From: Candidatus Omnitrophota bacterium
Lineage (GTDB): Bacteria > Omnitrophota > Gorgyraeia > 2-01-FULL-45-10
Assembly: GCA_903843285.1 (NCBI GenBank)
Contig: CAIMPC010000062.1
Span: 8,895 to 72,894, forward strand
Direction of reading: 5' to 3'
DNA: 64,000 nucleotides
Positions 28,868 to 40,886 of this stretch are shown here, piece after piece (positions within the stretch are counted from its first letter, which is position 1; every line of letters starts with the position of its first letter). The notes beneath the pieces are model-generated. The model saw nothing but the letters and a program-made list of their open reading frames with translations. It did no database searches and was not told the DNA's origin. The position numbers were made by a program, and so were the translations under genes.

Positions 28868-30115
28868 TTACTGGTTCATCGACATTAAGAATTCGGCGTT
28901 CGTCTTTGTCTTGGAGAGCTTCTCGATGAGTAACTGCATGGCCTCATCGGTATTTAACTCGTTGAGCGCTTTCCTCATGAGCCATATACGCTTCAGCTCA
29001 TCGGGATGGACGAGTAGTTCTTCTTTTCTGGTATTGGAACGCTTTATATCGATAGCCGGATATATCCTCTTCTGAAAAAGGTTTCTATCCATCTGCAATT
29101 CCATATTACCGGTGCCCTTAAACTCTTCGAATATAACTTCATCCATCCTCGAACCCGTGTCGACGAGCGCGGTGGCAATTATTGTTAAGCTTCCGCCCTC
29201 TTCTATATTACGCGCAGCCCCGAAGAACCTCTTAGGCTTTTGGAGCGCATTGGAGTCAACTCCGCCGGAGAGTATCTTACCGGAATGCGGCACGACCGAG
29301 TTATAGGCGCGCGCAAGGCGTGTGATCGAGTCCAAAAGTATGACAACATCTTTCTTAGATTCGACCAGCCTCTTAGCTTTCTCGAGTACTATCTCTGCTA
29401 CCTGTATATGGCGCTCTGAGGGCTCGTCGAATGTCGAACTAATAACCTCGCCTTTAACCGAGCGCTGCATATCCGTGACTTCCTCCGGACGTTCATCGAT
29501 TAATAGCACTATCAACACGACTTCGGGATAATTCGTAGTTATGGCATTCGCGAATTTCTGCAGAAGCACCGTCTTACCACTATACGGAGGCGCGACTATA
29601 AGCCCCCTCTGCCCTTTACCGACCGGAGCCAATAGATCCATTATCCTCGTAGATATCTCTTTCGGATTATTCTCCAGCATAAAACGCTGGTTCGGATAAA
29701 GCGGTGTCAGGTTATCGAAGAGCGTCTTATCCTTAGTCTCTTCCGGATTACCTAAGTTCACAGCCTCTACCTTAAGTAGTGCAAAGTACCTCTCGCCCTC
29801 TTTCGGCTGTCTGATCTGGCCGCTCACTGTATCACCGGTGCGTAAATTAAATCGTCGTATCTGCGAAGGAGATACATATATGTCATCCGGTCCGGGGAGA
29901 TAATTATAGTCCGGACTCCTCATGAAGCCAAAACCGTCCGGAAGTATCTCCAGAACACCTTCTCCAAAAATCAATCCTTCCTTCTCGGTCTTAGCCTGGA
30001 GTATTTTAAATATAAGGTCCTGCTTCTTTAATCCGCTCATACCATTGACGTTCATATCCTTAGCAAGCTTTGTCAGCTCTACTATGCTAAGGGCCTTTAA
30101 TTCAGCTATCTCCAT
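28868..30115 (-). CDS. rho: transcription termination factor Rho
   Basis: Rho N-terminal, CSD and RecA-like ATPase domains. The start I give (MEIAELK) yields a canonical-length protein. The track ORF extends 54 aa further upstream, overlapping coaE. Confidence 0.85.
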   Translation of the reverse strand: MEIAELKALSIVELTKLAKDMNVNGMSGLKKQDLIFKILQAKTEKEGLIFGEGVLEILPDGFGFMRSPDYNYLPGPDDIYVSPSQIRRFNLRTGDTVSGQIRQPKEGERYFALLKVEAVNLGNPEETKDKTLFDNLTPLYPNQRFMLENNPKEISTRIMDLLAPVGKGQRGLIVAPPYSGKTVLLQKFANAITTNYPEVVLIVLLIDERPEEVTDMQRSVKGEVISSTFDEPSERHIQVAEIVLEKAKRLVESKKDVVILLDSITRLARAYNSVVPHSGKILSGGVDSNALQKPKRFFGAARNIEEGGSLTIIATALVDTGSRMDEVIFEEFKGTGNMELQMDRNLFQKRIYPAIDIKRSNTRKEELLVHPDELKRIWLMRKALNELNTDEAMQLLIEKLSKTKTNAEFLMSMNQ

Positions 30116-30696
30116 ACGACCTCCTCCCAAACCCTTCTTGCCTGCAGTCTCGTACGACTTCTCGTTAGATCGTTCTGAACTACGAAGTCCGCCATTTTCA
30201 GCTTTCTCTTCATTGACATCTGACTCCTTATCCTCTTTAACACTTCTTGCCTGGTTACTCGGAACTTTTTTATGCATCTTTCTATCTGCCTTTTTTTAGA
30301 ACAACTGACCACTACCACTTTATCGACTATATTTAAAAGACGCGCCTCTATTAAGAGCGGGGCGTCGATGACTACGACGGCATCTTTACCGGCCGTCCTT
30401 ATCCTTGATTTTATCACCCGAATTACCTCGGGGTGCACGATATTATTTAATTTTGCGATCCTCGCCTTATTGCCGAAGACGCAAGACGCAAGCCTTCTCC
30501 TATTTATCTCTTTACCATCTACGGAAATGCTACAACCGAATTCCGATACTATTTTTCTGTACGCGGGAGTGCCCTTTTTAATCACATCATGGGCTATCGC
30601 ATCGGCATCTATCACCTTCGCGCCAAACGATTTTAATATCGCTGCCACGAAACTCTTTCCGGTACCAAAAGACCCTGTTACTCCTATGACAATCAT
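30106..30696 (-). CDS. coaE: dephospho-CoA kinase
   Basis: P-loop [11 protein letters not shown]. 196 aa. Confidence 0.8.
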   Translation of the reverse strand: MIVIGVTGSFGTGKSFVAAILKSFGAKVIDADAIAHDVIKKGTPAYRKIVSEFGCSISVDGKEINRRRLASCVFGNKARIAKLNNIVHPEVIRVIKSRIRTAGKDAVVVIDAPLLIEARLLNIVDKVVVVSCSKKRQIERCIKKFRVTRQEVLKRIRSQMSMKRKLKMADFVVQNDLTRSRTRLQARRVWEEVVWR

Positions 30697-30712
30697 GCCT
30701 ATCTCCGCAACC

Positions 30713-32140
30713 TTAATTCTTAATTTTATTATAAAGCTCTATGTATTTCCAGGCAGAGACTTTCCATGAGAAATCGAGTCCCATCACCCTCTTCACTAGC
30801 TCTCTCCACGCGCCCCTATTCTGATGCACGGAAAACGCCCTTTTTATAGCTGTCAAAAACGCCTCCGGCCTATATTCCTCGAAGGTGAATCCCGTGCCTT
30901 CCTTAGTCCTAAAATCATACTCGGATATGGTATCCTTCAGCCCCCCTGTCCGACGCGCGACAGGGATGGTACCGTATTTGAAGCCGATCATCTGACTGAG
31001 TCCGCAAGGTTCATATCTGGAAGGTATTAAAAATACGTCTGAAGCCGCGTAAATCTTTTCGGCGAGAATAGCATCATATTTCAGATTTATCGACGTATTC
31101 TTTTGATGTGCCTTCGCCATCTTTTCCAACAGCACATGGTATTTATGGTCGCCTGTCCCAAGCAGGACAAATTGCACCTTCATGCTCAGTATGTCATTGA
31201 TTATCTTTGCCAGAAGATCCATGCCTTTCTGGTCCGCAAGCCGTGATATTACTCCTAACATCGGAATATCAAAATCGACTTTAAGCCCTAATTCCTTCTG
31301 CAGGGATTCCTTATTAATATATTTATTGTCGGGGTTCTCTATGGAATATTTCTTCGCGATCACAGAGTCGGTAGCCGGATTCCAGACACCGTAATCGATG
31401 CCGTTCAATATACCATAGAGGGCATCTTTCTTAGCTTGTAACACCCCCTCCAGTCCGCAGCCATACTCCTTAGTCAATATCTCCTTAGCATAAGTCGGGC
31501 TTACCGTGCTCACAGCATCCGCATATATTATTCCGGCCTTCATTAGATTTACCTGGCCATAAAATTCGAAGTAGTGTATATGGAACAGAGCCCAGTCCAG
31601 CCCTGTCTTAGGAAAATCCTCTTTTGAGAACAATCCCTGGTATGCGATATTATGTATAGTGAATAATGTTTTGGTCCTGGCAAAGAATGGATCATATTTA
31701 TAGATCGTATTAAGATATACGGGGATCAGCGCCGTATGCCAATCATTGCAATGAATGATGTCCGGCCTGAAATTCTCTTTTATGCATCTCTCAAGAACCT
31801 GTCTTGAAAAGAATGCGAATCGGGTGAGGTTATCGGCATAATCACCGAACTTATCGCCGTAATACTCTTTTCTGTTAAAGTAATCGTCATTCTCGACCAG
31901 ATATACGGTAACACCTTCGGAAACTTTATTATCCTGCACGGCCTCATGACGTGATGACTTCTTTATGACCGTCCTATCGCCGGGGACTTTAACAGATCGG
32001 TACTTCGGCATTATAACGCGGACGTCCACGTCCATCTCGCTAAGCTCGAGCGGAAGGCTCCCCGCTACATCGGCGAGTCCACCGGTCTTAGCGAACGGCA
32101 CGACCTCACTCGCTACGAATAATACCTTAATTTTTTCCAC
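30713..32140 (-). CDS. glgA: glycogen synthase (ADP-glucose type, GT5)
   Basis: N-terminal KTGGLADV motif. 475 aa. Confidence 0.85.
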   Translation of the reverse strand: MEKIKVLFVASEVVPFAKTGGLADVAGSLPLELSEMDVDVRVIMPKYRSVKVPGDRTVIKKSSRHEAVQDNKVSEGVTVYLVENDDYFNRKEYYGDKFGDYADNLTRFAFFSRQVLERCIKENFRPDIIHCNDWHTALIPVYLNTIYKYDPFFARTKTLFTIHNIAYQGLFSKEDFPKTGLDWALFHIHYFEFYGQVNLMKAGIIYADAVSTVSPTYAKEILTKEYGCGLEGVLQAKKDALYGILNGIDYGVWNPATDSVIAKKYSIENPDNKYINKESLQKELGLKVDFDIPMLGVISRLADQKGMDLLAKIINDILSMKVQFVLLGTGDHKYHVLLEKMAKAHQKNTSINLKYDAILAEKIYAASDVFLIPSRYEPCGLSQMIGFKYGTIPVARRTGGLKDTISEYDFRTKEGTGFTFEEYRPEAFLTAIKRAFSVHQNRGAWRELVKRVMGLDFSWKVSAWKYIELYNKIKN

Positions 32141-32173
32141 TTAATCCGTCTCCTCATCGAATATAAATATGCA

Positions 32174-34840
32174 TTAAGCCTTGTATTTTTCCTGCTCGAG
32201 CCAATTCTCGCCGACCTCGATATGCGCCTCTACCGGAACCTTAAGCTTTATGACATTCTCCATACCGTCCTTCACTATATGATAAGTTTCTTTCAGATCT
32301 TTCTCGGGCACATCGAAGACCAGTTCGTCGTGGACCTGCAGGGTCATCTTTGTCCCGAGACCTTTCTTTGCAAGCCTTTCATATATATCTATCATGGCCA
32401 CTTTGATCACATCGGCCGCCGAGCCCTGTATGGGCATATTAATAGCGGTCCTTTCCGCAAACTGCCTGATCCTCATATCGGCGCTATTTATCTCGGGGAT
32501 GTAGCGCCTACGGCCAAGCATGGTCGTAACGTAGCCCTTCTCCCTGGCCTCCGTGATGAGTCCGTCCATGTACTCCTTAACCGCCGGATATCTCTGAAAA
32601 TACGCGTCGATGAAATCTTTCGCCTTTGCCACATCAATGCTCAGGCTTTGCGATAACCCGTACGGGCTCATGCCGTAGATAATCCCAAAGTTTACCGTCT
32701 TTGCCATGCCGCGCATCTCGGTGGTAACATCCTTCTCATCCACATTAAAGACCAATGCCGCCGTAAACGAATGTATGTCGAGCCCCTCCTTAAACGCTTT
32801 GGTAAGGTGCTTATCGCCGGACATGTGCGCCAGCACCCTAAGCTCAATCTGCGAATAGTCGGCCGAAAGAAGCACCCTGTCCTTAGCTGAGGGTATAAAG
32901 GCTTTACGTATTTTGCGCCCCTCCTCGGTCTTAATCGGGATATTCTGCAGGTTCGGTTCGCTCGATGATAACCTACCTGTGGCGGTAACCGTTTGATTGA
33001 ACGAGGTATGTATCCTTCCTGTCTTCGGATTCGCGATGAGCGGAAGCGAATCTACATATGTCGATTTTAATTTTGAAAGCTCCCTGTACTCCAGAATGGT
33101 ATGCGGTAATTTATGCGATGCGGCCAGCTTAGTCAAAACCTCTTCATCCGTAGATATGCCGGTCTTAGTCCTTCTTACCACCGGGAGCTTCAGCTTTTCA
33201 AAAAGGATGGTCGATAACTGCTTAGGCGAATTGATATTGAATTCTTCGCCTGCTATCTCATATATTTTCTTAGTTAATTTCTCGAGCTTCTTCTCCATCT
33301 CCACCGAAAGCCCGGCAAGATAGTCCTTATCAATAGATACTCCGGTAATCTCCATCCCCGCGAGCACTTCCACTAAAGGCATTTCCACTTTATAGAATAA
33401 TTCGTCCATGGACTTCGCGGCGATCTCTTTTTCCAGTATCTTCTTAAGCCTGAGGGTGACATCGCTATCTTCACAGCAATAGGCGCAGACCTTATCGACA
33501 TCGACCTGGTCCATGGTTATCGCCTTCTTGCCCTTACCTATCAGCTCTTCGATAGGCGTGGTCATCTTATGGCTAAGATATTCGATCGATATCTCTTCGA
33601 GATTATGGTTCATCTTAGATGGATTCAGGACGTAAGACGCGACCATAGTGTCAAAGAACTTACCGGCGAGGTTAATACCGTAATTAGCGAGCACTATATA
33701 TTCATATTTAATATTCTGGCCGATCTTTTCAATGGACGCATCTTCGAATATGGGTTTCAGTTTACCGAGAACAAAATCGCAGTCAAAATATTTATTGACC
33801 GGCACATAATATGAGCGCCCCACAATCCATGAGAACGAGACGCCGACGAGCTTAGCGAGCATAGGATCCTCTGAAGTCGTTTCAAAATCGAATGCAAATT
33901 CGCTCAGCCCTTTAAGCTCAGCCACAAGCTTCTCAAATTTATCCCGGTCGTCGATCATCTCATATGTCGAATCCAGGGACTCCTTAGGCGTGAATTCCTT
34001 TATGAAGGCCTTAAATTCCAGTTCCTTAAACATCTCCAGGAGTTGAGCGTGGTCGGGCGGTTTTAATTCAAGTTCCTTAAAATCGACATCGATGGGCACC
34101 TTAGTATCGACGATGGCAAGCTCCTTACTTAATATCGCCATCTTCTCATTCTCCACCAGCGCCTTCTTTCTCGCCTGGCTCTTCACCTTATCTATATTCT
34201 TCAGCAGATTTTCCAGGCTTCCAAATTCGCTTATAAGCTCTATGGCGGTCTTCTCGCCTATGCCATGCACGCCGGGTATATTATCCGAAGCGTCGCCCAT
34301 TAAGGCCATTATATCTACCATCTTATCCGGATCTACGCCAAAGGCTTCTTTAACCTTATGCGCATCGTATATCAGCCCATCCTTATTCGTGTTATAGACC
34401 TTAATATGATTATTTACCAGCTGTAGAGCATCTTTATCGCCTGTGGCTATAAAAGTCTCCACATCTTCCTTCTCCGCTTTTTTAGCTATGGTCGCGAGGA
34501 CATCGTCAGCCTCATATCCTTCCATTTGATATATAGGTATATTGTAGGCTGAAACCAATCTCTTAATGTAAGGCATCTGGGACACCAGCTCATCAGGCAT
34601 AGGCTTACGGTGGATCTTATATTCCTCGAACTTCTTATGCCTGAATGTCGGGGCCTTCATATCGAAGGCTACCGCCAGCATATCGGGCGAATTATCCTTA
34701 ATGATCTTGTTCAACATCGTCATGAAGCCATATATGGCGTTCGTAGGCTGGCCCTTCGAATTGGACAGCGTCCTTATGGCATAGAATGCCCTGTAGCAGA
34801 AGGAGTTGCCATCGATCAGAAATAGTCTTTTTTTGGACAT
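32174..34840 (-). CDS. polA: DNA polymerase I
   Basis: 888 aa with 5'-nuclease, 3'-5' exonuclease and polymerase domains. Confidence 0.9.
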   Translation of the reverse strand: MSKKRLFLIDGNSFCYRAFYAIRTLSNSKGQPTNAIYGFMTMLNKIIKDNSPDMLAVAFDMKAPTFRHKKFEEYKIHRKPMPDELVSQMPYIKRLVSAYNIPIYQMEGYEADDVLATIAKKAEKEDVETFIATGDKDALQLVNNHIKVYNTNKDGLIYDAHKVKEAFGVDPDKMVDIMALMGDASDNIPGVHGIGEKTAIELISEFGSLENLLKNIDKVKSQARKKALVENEKMAILSKELAIVDTKVPIDVDFKELELKPPDHAQLLEMFKELEFKAFIKEFTPKESLDSTYEMIDDRDKFEKLVAELKGLSEFAFDFETTSEDPMLAKLVGVSFSWIVGRSYYVPVNKYFDCDFVLGKLKPIFEDASIEKIGQNIKYEYIVLANYGINLAGKFFDTMVASYVLNPSKMNHNLEEISIEYLSHKMTTPIEELIGKGKKAITMDQVDVDKVCAYCCEDSDVTLRLKKILEKEIAAKSMDELFYKVEMPLVEVLAGMEITGVSIDKDYLAGLSVEMEKKLEKLTKKIYEIAGEEFNINSPKQLSTILFEKLKLPVVRRTKTGISTDEEVLTKLAASHKLPHTILEYRELSKLKSTYVDSLPLIANPKTGRIHTSFNQTVTATGRLSSSEPNLQNIPIKTEEGRKIRKAFIPSAKDRVLLSADYSQIELRVLAHMSGDKHLTKAFKEGLDIHSFTAALVFNVDEKDVTTEMRGMAKTVNFGIIYGMSPYGLSQSLSIDVAKAKDFIDAYFQRYPAVKEYMDGLITEAREKGYVTTMLGRRRYIPEINSADMRIRQFAERTAINMPIQGSAADVIKVAMIDIYERLAKKGLGTKMTLQVHDELVFDVPEKDLKETYHIVKDGMENVIKLKVPVEAHIEVGENWLEQEKYKA

Positions 34841-35021
34841 TACACGATATGCCTTATGAGGTGTAGATACAGAGGAGGTCTTTGGACATTTATCAGAAAT
34901 TCAACTATTTAGGGATTTGTTCTTTCGGAAAACAATACAATAGAGGACATCAGAATCATTTAACCTATTATTATTATACGCATAAACACGATTTTGTCAA
35001 CAAAAATTATGAGAAACGCAC

Positions 35022-35669
35022 TTATATGACTAAGATATTCATCTTCTTCTTAAATAGGCGGGTCTCGTTCTCTTGCCCCCTAACAAGCCTATTTATGTTA
35101 TCTCTATGCTTATAAATTGAGATACTACAGATCACAACACTTGAGAGAATTATATATAGAGGGTACTTTAGTATGCAGGCTATGGCGGGAAAAAGCAGAA
35201 GCGCCATAATAGATGCAAGTGATACGAAATTCGTGATATAAAGTACCAGGAGCCATACTATGGCGGATGGTATCAGGGCAAATGGTGTGAGAACTATAGC
35301 GACTCCGATAGTAGTGGCGACACCTTTACCACCCTTGAACTTCAGAAATACCGACCAGATATGGCCGCATACTACGGCCAGAGCCAGTATGCCGCGATAT
35401 GCATCGTATTGAAGATCTATATTGAATTTGTAAAAATAATTTGCGACTATAGTTACCGCCGCAACACCTTTTAGAATGTCCACGATTAAGGTCACTAGCG
35501 CCGGAAGTTTACCAACGCTCCTTAAGACATTCGTCGCTCCGGCATTCTTAGAGCCAACCTGCCTAATATCAATACCTTTAAATATTCTGGCCAATACATA
35601 ACTGGTTGGAAATGATCCCATTATATATGCAAGCACAACTGATAACGCAAGCGCTAATACAGGATTCAT
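35022..35669 (-). CDS. plsY: glycerol-3-phosphate acyltransferase PlsY
   Basis: Multi-TM protein with the GSGNxGATN-like motif (GSKNAGATN). Confidence 0.85.
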   Translation of the reverse strand: MNPVLALALSVVLAYIMGSFPTSYVLARIFKGIDIRQVGSKNAGATNVLRSVGKLPALVTLIVDILKGVAAVTIVANYFYKFNIDLQYDAYRGILALAVVCGHIWSVFLKFKGGKGVATTIGVAIVLTPFALIPSAIVWLLVLYITNFVSLASIMALLLFPAIACILKYPLYIILSSVVICSISIYKHRDNINRLVRGQENETRLFKKKMNILVI

Positions 35670-35672
35670 TCC

Positions 35673-36233
35673 CTACCCCGCTTTCTTCGCAACGCTACTA
35701 TCGCTTAATAATTTACTACCCTTCATAACATAGTCCAGCCCCGATATCATCGTAAGAAGGATTGCCAAGTTCCACACGATATTTGAATAGTTGAACTTAA
35801 CAAGAATGCAGACGATGACTATCATCTGAAAGAACGTGGTAATTTTCCCTACGATGCTCGGGGATATCTTAAGGTCGCTCTTCACTACGTAAACCACTAT
35901 CGATCCGACCACGATTATAACATCCCGGGAGATAACGATTATTGGTACATACGGCGGCAGCCTGAGATGCTGCGGTATACTGGGCGCCACAGAGAGGCAT
36001 ATATATGCGCTCGTCAGAAGAAGCTTATCTGCGATGGGATCCAGTATAGTTCCGAGCTGAGTTTTTTGTTTTAACGCGCGAGCGATAAATCCATCGAGCC
36101 CATCGGAGATAATGGCGACGATGAAGAATATAAGCGCTATGTCGAGTCTCGAATAGGCCACCGCGGTTATGAAGAATGGAATAAGAATTATACGCGTTAT
36201 CGATATTTTATTGGCCAGCGTAACTTTGCCCAT
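35673..36233 (-). CDS. pgsA: CDP-diacylglycerol--glycerol-3-phosphate 3-phosphatidyltransferase
   Basis: CDP-alcohol phosphatidyltransferase motif DGxxAR…G…D…D. Confidence 0.8.
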   Translation of the reverse strand: MGKVTLANKISITRIILIPFFITAVAYSRLDIALIFFIVAIISDGLDGFIARALKQKTQLGTILDPIADKLLLTSAYICLSVAPSIPQHLRLPPYVPIIVISRDVIIVVGSIVVYVVKSDLKISPSIVGKITTFFQMIVIVCILVKFNYSNIVWNLAILLTMISGLDYVMKGSKLLSDSSVAKKAG

Positions 36234-36240
36234 ATGACTC

Positions 36241-36840
36241 CTACTTTATCAGCTTCATCCTATTTAAGGGCCAGTAAATAAGCATCGCCTTACCCACCAG
36301 ATTTTTTCTAGGTACAAATCCCCAGTACCGCGAATCCCTGGAGTTGGAGCTATTGTCTCCGAGAACAAAGTATGAGTTCGCGGGCACCACGATAATTTTA
36401 CCTTCCTGTCCATAGTCGCCCGCATTATAATAATAGACCGACTTACAGCCAGGCTCTTCCAGCGCCATACCGTTAACCAATATTCTGCCGTCTTTTACCT
36501 CAACCTTCTCGCCGCCGAAGGCTATGAGGCGTTTCACGAAATCCTTCCTAGGGTCTTCGGGAGATACGAAAACTATAATGTCCCCGCGCCTTGGTTCTTT
36601 TATGTCCAGTATCGGCAGTTTCCAATTAACGAACGGAACTCTCGCGCTATACAGAAATTTATTTACAAATATCCTGTCACCGATCTTAAATGTCGGTATC
36701 ATCGATCCGGAGGGTATCTTAAATGCCTGTACGATAAACGTCTGGATCACTATAGCTATTGCAAACGCTATTACTATAGACTCTACCCATTCCCTCACTT
36801 GTGATTTCACCTTTTCTTTATTCATAACCCCTCTTGTCAT
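36241..36840 (-). CDS. lepB: signal peptidase I
   Basis: SM(I/E)PT and GDNRxxSxDSR motifs. Confidence 0.85.
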   Translation of the reverse strand: MTRGVMNKEKVKSQVREWVESIVIAFAIAIVIQTFIVQAFKIPSGSMIPTFKIGDRIFVNKFLYSARVPFVNWKLPILDIKEPRRGDIIVFVSPEDPRKDFVKRLIAFGGEKVEVKDGRILVNGMALEEPGCKSVYYYNAGDYGQEGKIIVVPANSYFVLGDNSSNSRDSRYWGFVPRKNLVGKAMLIYWPLNRMKLIK

Positions 36841-38633
36841 TGCGCTTTAAGCGCTGCAAAAAATGCTTCCTGCGGAATATCCACCTTTCCAAACTGCTTC
36901 ATCTTCTTCTTTCCCGCTTTTTGTTTCTCCCAAAGCTTTCTCTTCCTGGTTATGTCGCCGCCGTAACATTTGGCAGTGACGTTCTTACCCACAGCCTTTA
37001 TAGTTTCGCGGGCGATGACCTGCCCCCCTATAGCGGCCTGCAGTATTATTTGAAACAGATGACGCGGTATGGTCTCTTTCAATTTTTCGATAACAACTTT
37101 GCCTTTCGAATATGCCTTGTCCTTAAATACTATCGATGAGAACGCATCATATACTTCGCCGTTTATCAATATATCAAGTTTTACTATACTCGTGGGCCTG
37201 TAGTCAAGGAACTCGTAATCGAGCGAACCGTAGCCCTTAGTCGCAGACTTTATTCTATCGTAAAAATCTACTATAACTTCGGACAGCGGAATATCATATA
37301 TAATTCTGGCGCGTTTGTCATCGAGATACTCCGTGGAGACGTACGACCCTCTGCGCGACTCGGAGAGTTCAAGAATGGTTCCTATGGATTCCTTGGGCAG
37401 TATTATGTACGCCCTTACATAAGGCTCTTCGGTCTCTTCGACCTCGCCCGCATTCGGCAATTTTACGGGATTGTCGACCTCCTCTATCTCGCCGTCTTTC
37501 CTCAGAATTCTATATACAACGCTCGGAGTCGTAATAACCAGGTTTAGATCATATTCCCTCTCTAACCTCTGCTCGATTATCTCCATATGTAGTAACCCGA
37601 GAAAGCCGCATCTGAAGCCCATGCCGAGCGAGGCCGACTTCTCCAGTTCAAACACAAAGGCTGCATCCGAAAGCCTGAGCTTCTCTATCGCTTCCTTTAG
37701 CAGATGAAAGTCGGCGCTGGACGCCGGATATATACCGCTAAATACCATCGGATGGACTTTCTTATATCCCGGTAAAGGCGCCGCCGCGGGATTCTCCGCA
37801 TCGGTTAAAGTGTCCCCGACAAAGACTTCCCTGGCATCACGTATGTTGCAAGTTATATATCCAACCTCACCGCATGATAGTTTATCGACGGTTGACTGCC
37901 GTGGGTTAAAGATGCCGACCTCCTGCACTTCATAGACTTTATTATTCGACATCATCATGACCTTCATACCTTTACATATGACGCCGTTCATTAGCCGTAT
38001 AAGCACCACGACGCCTTTATACGCGTCGAACCTGGAATCAAATACAAGCCCCTGCAGAGGGTTTGTCACCTCACCGCTGGGTGAGGGTATCTTACTTACG
38101 ACGGACTCCAGAATATCCTCTGTCCCCGTCCCGAGCTTAGCGCTCGCAAGCACTATATCCGCCTTATCGAGTCCGAGTATATCGGATATCTGATGTTTTA
38201 CATTTTCGGTCTCGGCGCTGGGAAGATCGATCTTATTTATTACCGGAATTATTACGAGGTTATGCTCCATCGCAAGATAGAGATTAGCTACAGTCTGGGC
38301 CTCGACTCCCTGAGAGGCATCTACCACGAGTAGCGCGCCTTCGCAGGCGCCAACCGATTTAGACACCTCATACGTAAAATCGACGTGGCCGGGCGTGTCG
38401 ATAAGATTCAGCTCGTAGATAAGGCCGTCTTTCGCCTTGTAGTTTATTCTAACGGCGCTGGCCTTAATCGTGATTCCACGCTCTTTCTCGAGATCCATAT
38501 CATCGAGAATCTGATCATGAAATTCTCTCTCGCTTATCGCGCCCGTGAATTGCAGGATACGATCGGCCAGAGTTGACTTTCCGTGATCTATGTGGGCAAT
38601 GATTGAAAAATTACGTATCAGTGATTTATCCAT
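36837..38633 (-). CDS. lepA: elongation factor 4
   Basis: 598 aa. GTPase G1-G4 motifs and the LepA C-terminal domain. Confidence 0.9.
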   Translation of the reverse strand: MDKSLIRNFSIIAHIDHGKSTLADRILQFTGAISEREFHDQILDDMDLEKERGITIKASAVRINYKAKDGLIYELNLIDTPGHVDFTYEVSKSVGACEGALLVVDASQGVEAQTVANLYLAMEHNLVIIPVINKIDLPSAETENVKHQISDILGLDKADIVLASAKLGTGTEDILESVVSKIPSPSGEVTNPLQGLVFDSRFDAYKGVVVLIRLMNGVICKGMKVMMMSNNKVYEVQEVGIFNPRQSTVDKLSCGEVGYITCNIRDAREVFVGDTLTDAENPAAAPLPGYKKVHPMVFSGIYPASSADFHLLKEAIEKLRLSDAAFVFELEKSASLGMGFRCGFLGLLHMEIIEQRLEREYDLNLVITTPSVVYRILRKDGEIEEVDNPVKLPNAGEVEETEEPYVRAYIILPKESIGTILELSESRRGSYVSTEYLDDKRARIIYDIPLSEVIVDFYDRIKSATKGYGSLDYEFLDYRPTSIVKLDILINGEVYDAFSSIVFKDKAYSKGKVVIEKLKETIPRHLFQIILQAAIGGQVIARETIKAVGKNVTAKCYGGDITRKRKLWEKQKAGKKKMKQFGKVDIPQEAFFAALKAQ

Positions 38634-40057
38634 TAAACACTATCCGATAATTTCCTTCCAAATTCGAGTATCCCCAACGCCTTCTTCTCGTCGGGAGCTT
38701 CCGCATATACTCTGAGAATGGGTTCGGTGCCCGAAAGCCTGAGCATCATCCATGACCTGTCATCACATATGAATTTAAAACCATCTGTGGTCTTTACATC
38801 TACCACCGGATGACCGAGAATTACCTTCGGAGGATTATTACTTAAGCTGGCCATAAGTTTAGCCTTCTTTTCATCGGGATACTTAAGATCCAGCCTCTTA
38901 TATTCGTAAGTGCCATATTCCTTATCTATCGATTTCAATATATCCATAATTTTCTTCTTTTTCATCGCCATCATCTCGAGTATGAGAAGCCCGGAAAGAA
39001 TGCCGTCTCTTTCAGGTATCGAATCCTTGAACGCCACACCTCCCGTCTCCTCACCGCCTATTAATATATCATCCTTAAGCATCAGCTCGCAGATATATTT
39101 GAATCCAACGGGAGTCTCATACATCTTAAGACCATGTTTTTTACAAATCTTCTCTATGAGGAACGTTCCGCATATCGTCTGTATAACACCTCCGCGCATC
39201 TTTTTATCTTCTAACAGGTGTAATAACAATACAGACATAACCTTATGTCCAGTCAATAGCTTGCCGTTCGGAAGCGCAACGCCCAACCTGTCCGCATCCC
39301 CGTCCGTGGCAAGGCCAATATCGTATTTGCCCTTCTTCGTCTTCTCAGCGAGCTCCTTCAGGTTCGGCAATATCGGTTCCGGATTGATTCCGCCGAAGCT
39401 TGGATTCTTTTCGTTATGTATAGTGTCGATTTTGCAATTGCCCCCTTTGAGCAGCATAGAGATGTAGTCATTGCCGGTACCATACATAGAATCTACGAGG
39501 ACCTTCAACTTACTCTTTTTTAATAGCTTTATGTCTGCGTAGCTCTTAATGAACGCAAGGTGAGCCGAGATCAGATCGTCTATAACCACCAGGCCTTCGG
39601 CTTTTAGCTCATCGAGTGATTTAATCTTGATTTCACTCTTACCCAAATACGACTCAAACTTCTTCGTTATCTCAGGTCCGGCCGATCCACCATAGTAAGC
39701 CTTATACTTTATGCCATTATATCTGGCAGGATTGTGGCTGGCGGTGATCATTATACCACCAACATACCCTCTGTCTTTGATCGCAAAACTGACGGACGGT
39801 GTAGGGACTGCCCTATCAGACAAAACGGCCTTTATGCCGTTGGCACCGAAGACGCAAGCCATAAGCTCGGCATATTTATCGGATAAGAATCTGGTGTCAT
39901 AACCTATTACTACCTTCCGCTCTTTAACCTTTAGCCCCTTACAGTCATTATGTATAAAATCGGCTACCGACTGTGCCACTTTCTTCACATTATCAAAAGT
40001 AAATTCGTCGCTTATTACAGCTCTCCAACCGTCCGTTCCGAATTTTATACCACCCAT
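38633..40057 (-). CDS. phosphoglucomutase/phosphomannomutase family protein
   Basis: Active-site TASHNP motif. 474 aa. Confidence 0.8.
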   Translation of the reverse strand: MGGIKFGTDGWRAVISDEFTFDNVKKVAQSVADFIHNDCKGLKVKERKVVIGYDTRFLSDKYAELMACVFGANGIKAVLSDRAVPTPSVSFAIKDRGYVGGIMITASHNPARYNGIKYKAYYGGSAGPEITKKFESYLGKSEIKIKSLDELKAEGLVVIDDLISAHLAFIKSYADIKLLKKSKLKVLVDSMYGTGNDYISMLLKGGNCKIDTIHNEKNPSFGGINPEPILPNLKELAEKTKKGKYDIGLATDGDADRLGVALPNGKLLTGHKVMSVLLLHLLEDKKMRGGVIQTICGTFLIEKICKKHGLKMYETPVGFKYICELMLKDDILIGGEETGGVAFKDSIPERDGILSGLLILEMMAMKKKKIMDILKSIDKEYGTYEYKRLDLKYPDEKKAKLMASLSNNPPKVILGHPVVDVKTTDGFKFICDDRSWMMLRLSGTEPILRVYAEAPDEKKALGILEFGRKLSDSV

Positions 40058-40699
40058 TTATACTCCTCCCCTTATTTTTTTGATCGCGCCCGCATAGTCT
40101 TTTGATCCGAAGACTGCGGATCCGGCCACCAGCACATTGGCACCCGCTTTTATAGCCTTAGCCGCGGTTAACTCATTGATACCACCGTCGACCTGGATAT
40201 CCTTCTTAAATATCCTGCGCACCTCCTCGACTTTAGACAGGCAATCCGGCATGAAGCCCTGCCCTGCAAATCCCGGTTCGACCGTCATCACAAGCACCAT
40301 ATCGACCATCGGCAATATCTCCTCTATCGCGGCGACACCGGTATTGGGCCTTATGGAAACGCCTACCTTATTCTTAAAATATCTAATCAGCTTTATGATC
40401 TCTAAGGGGTCTTTTTCGGCCTCTATGTGAAATGTGATTATATCGCTTCCGGCATTGGCAAAACTCTCTATATAATCCTGCGGATTATTGATCATAAGAT
40501 GGACGTCAAAAGGCAGTTTCGTGACAGGTCTGGCTGACTTTACCACTATCGGCCCCATCGTTATATTGGGCACAAAGGCGCCATCCATAACGTCGATATG
40601 CACCCAATCTGCGCCTGCTTTATCTATCGCCCTTATCTCCTCTCCGAGCCTTGAGAAGTCGGCTGAGAGTATGCTCGGCGCTATTAAAATATTCTGCAT
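40058..40699 (-). CDS. rpe: ribulose-phosphate 3-epimerase
   Basis: 213 aa. Typical Rpe TIM barrel. Confidence 0.9.
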   Translation of the reverse strand: MQNILIAPSILSADFSRLGEEIRAIDKAGADWVHIDVMDGAFVPNITMGPIVVKSARPVTKLPFDVHLMINNPQDYIESFANAGSDIITFHIEAEKDPLEIIKLIRYFKNKVGVSIRPNTGVAAIEEILPMVDMVLVMTVEPGFAGQGFMPDCLSKVEEVRRIFKKDIQVDGGINELTAAKAIKAGANVLVAGSAVFGSKDYAGAIKKIRGGV

Positions 40700-40772
40700 A
40701 AGATTACCCCATTTTGAGTGACTAACTTAAATGTGCAACAGCTCAGCTCCAGAAGAAACTTGACTATAGCCT

Positions 40773-40857
40773 GTCATCCTGAGCGAAGCCCGATAGGGCG
40801 AAGCGAAGGATCTCTCTTTTAGATTCTTCGTCGGGCTAAAGCCCTCCTCAGAATGAC
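40773..40857. repeat. two REP/MITE-like units (GTCATCCTGAGCGAAGCCCGATAGGGCGAAGCGAAGGATCT and AGATTCTTCGTCGGGCTAAAGCCCTCCTCAGAATGAC)
   Basis: Intergenic, between the M16 peptidase and rpe. Same unit family as at the other REP-like sites. Confidence 0.7.
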
Positions 40858-40886
40858 GCATGCACTTATATGACTGAACTATAGCC

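Noticed and set aside
30116-30277. 54-aa N-terminal extension of rho in the track ORF
   Set aside because: The extension overlaps coaE by about 170 nt and is low-complexity (Lys/Glu/Ser-rich). Starting at MEIAELK gives a canonical Rho length and a 10-nt overlap with coaE. An insertion-domain Rho cannot be fully excluded.
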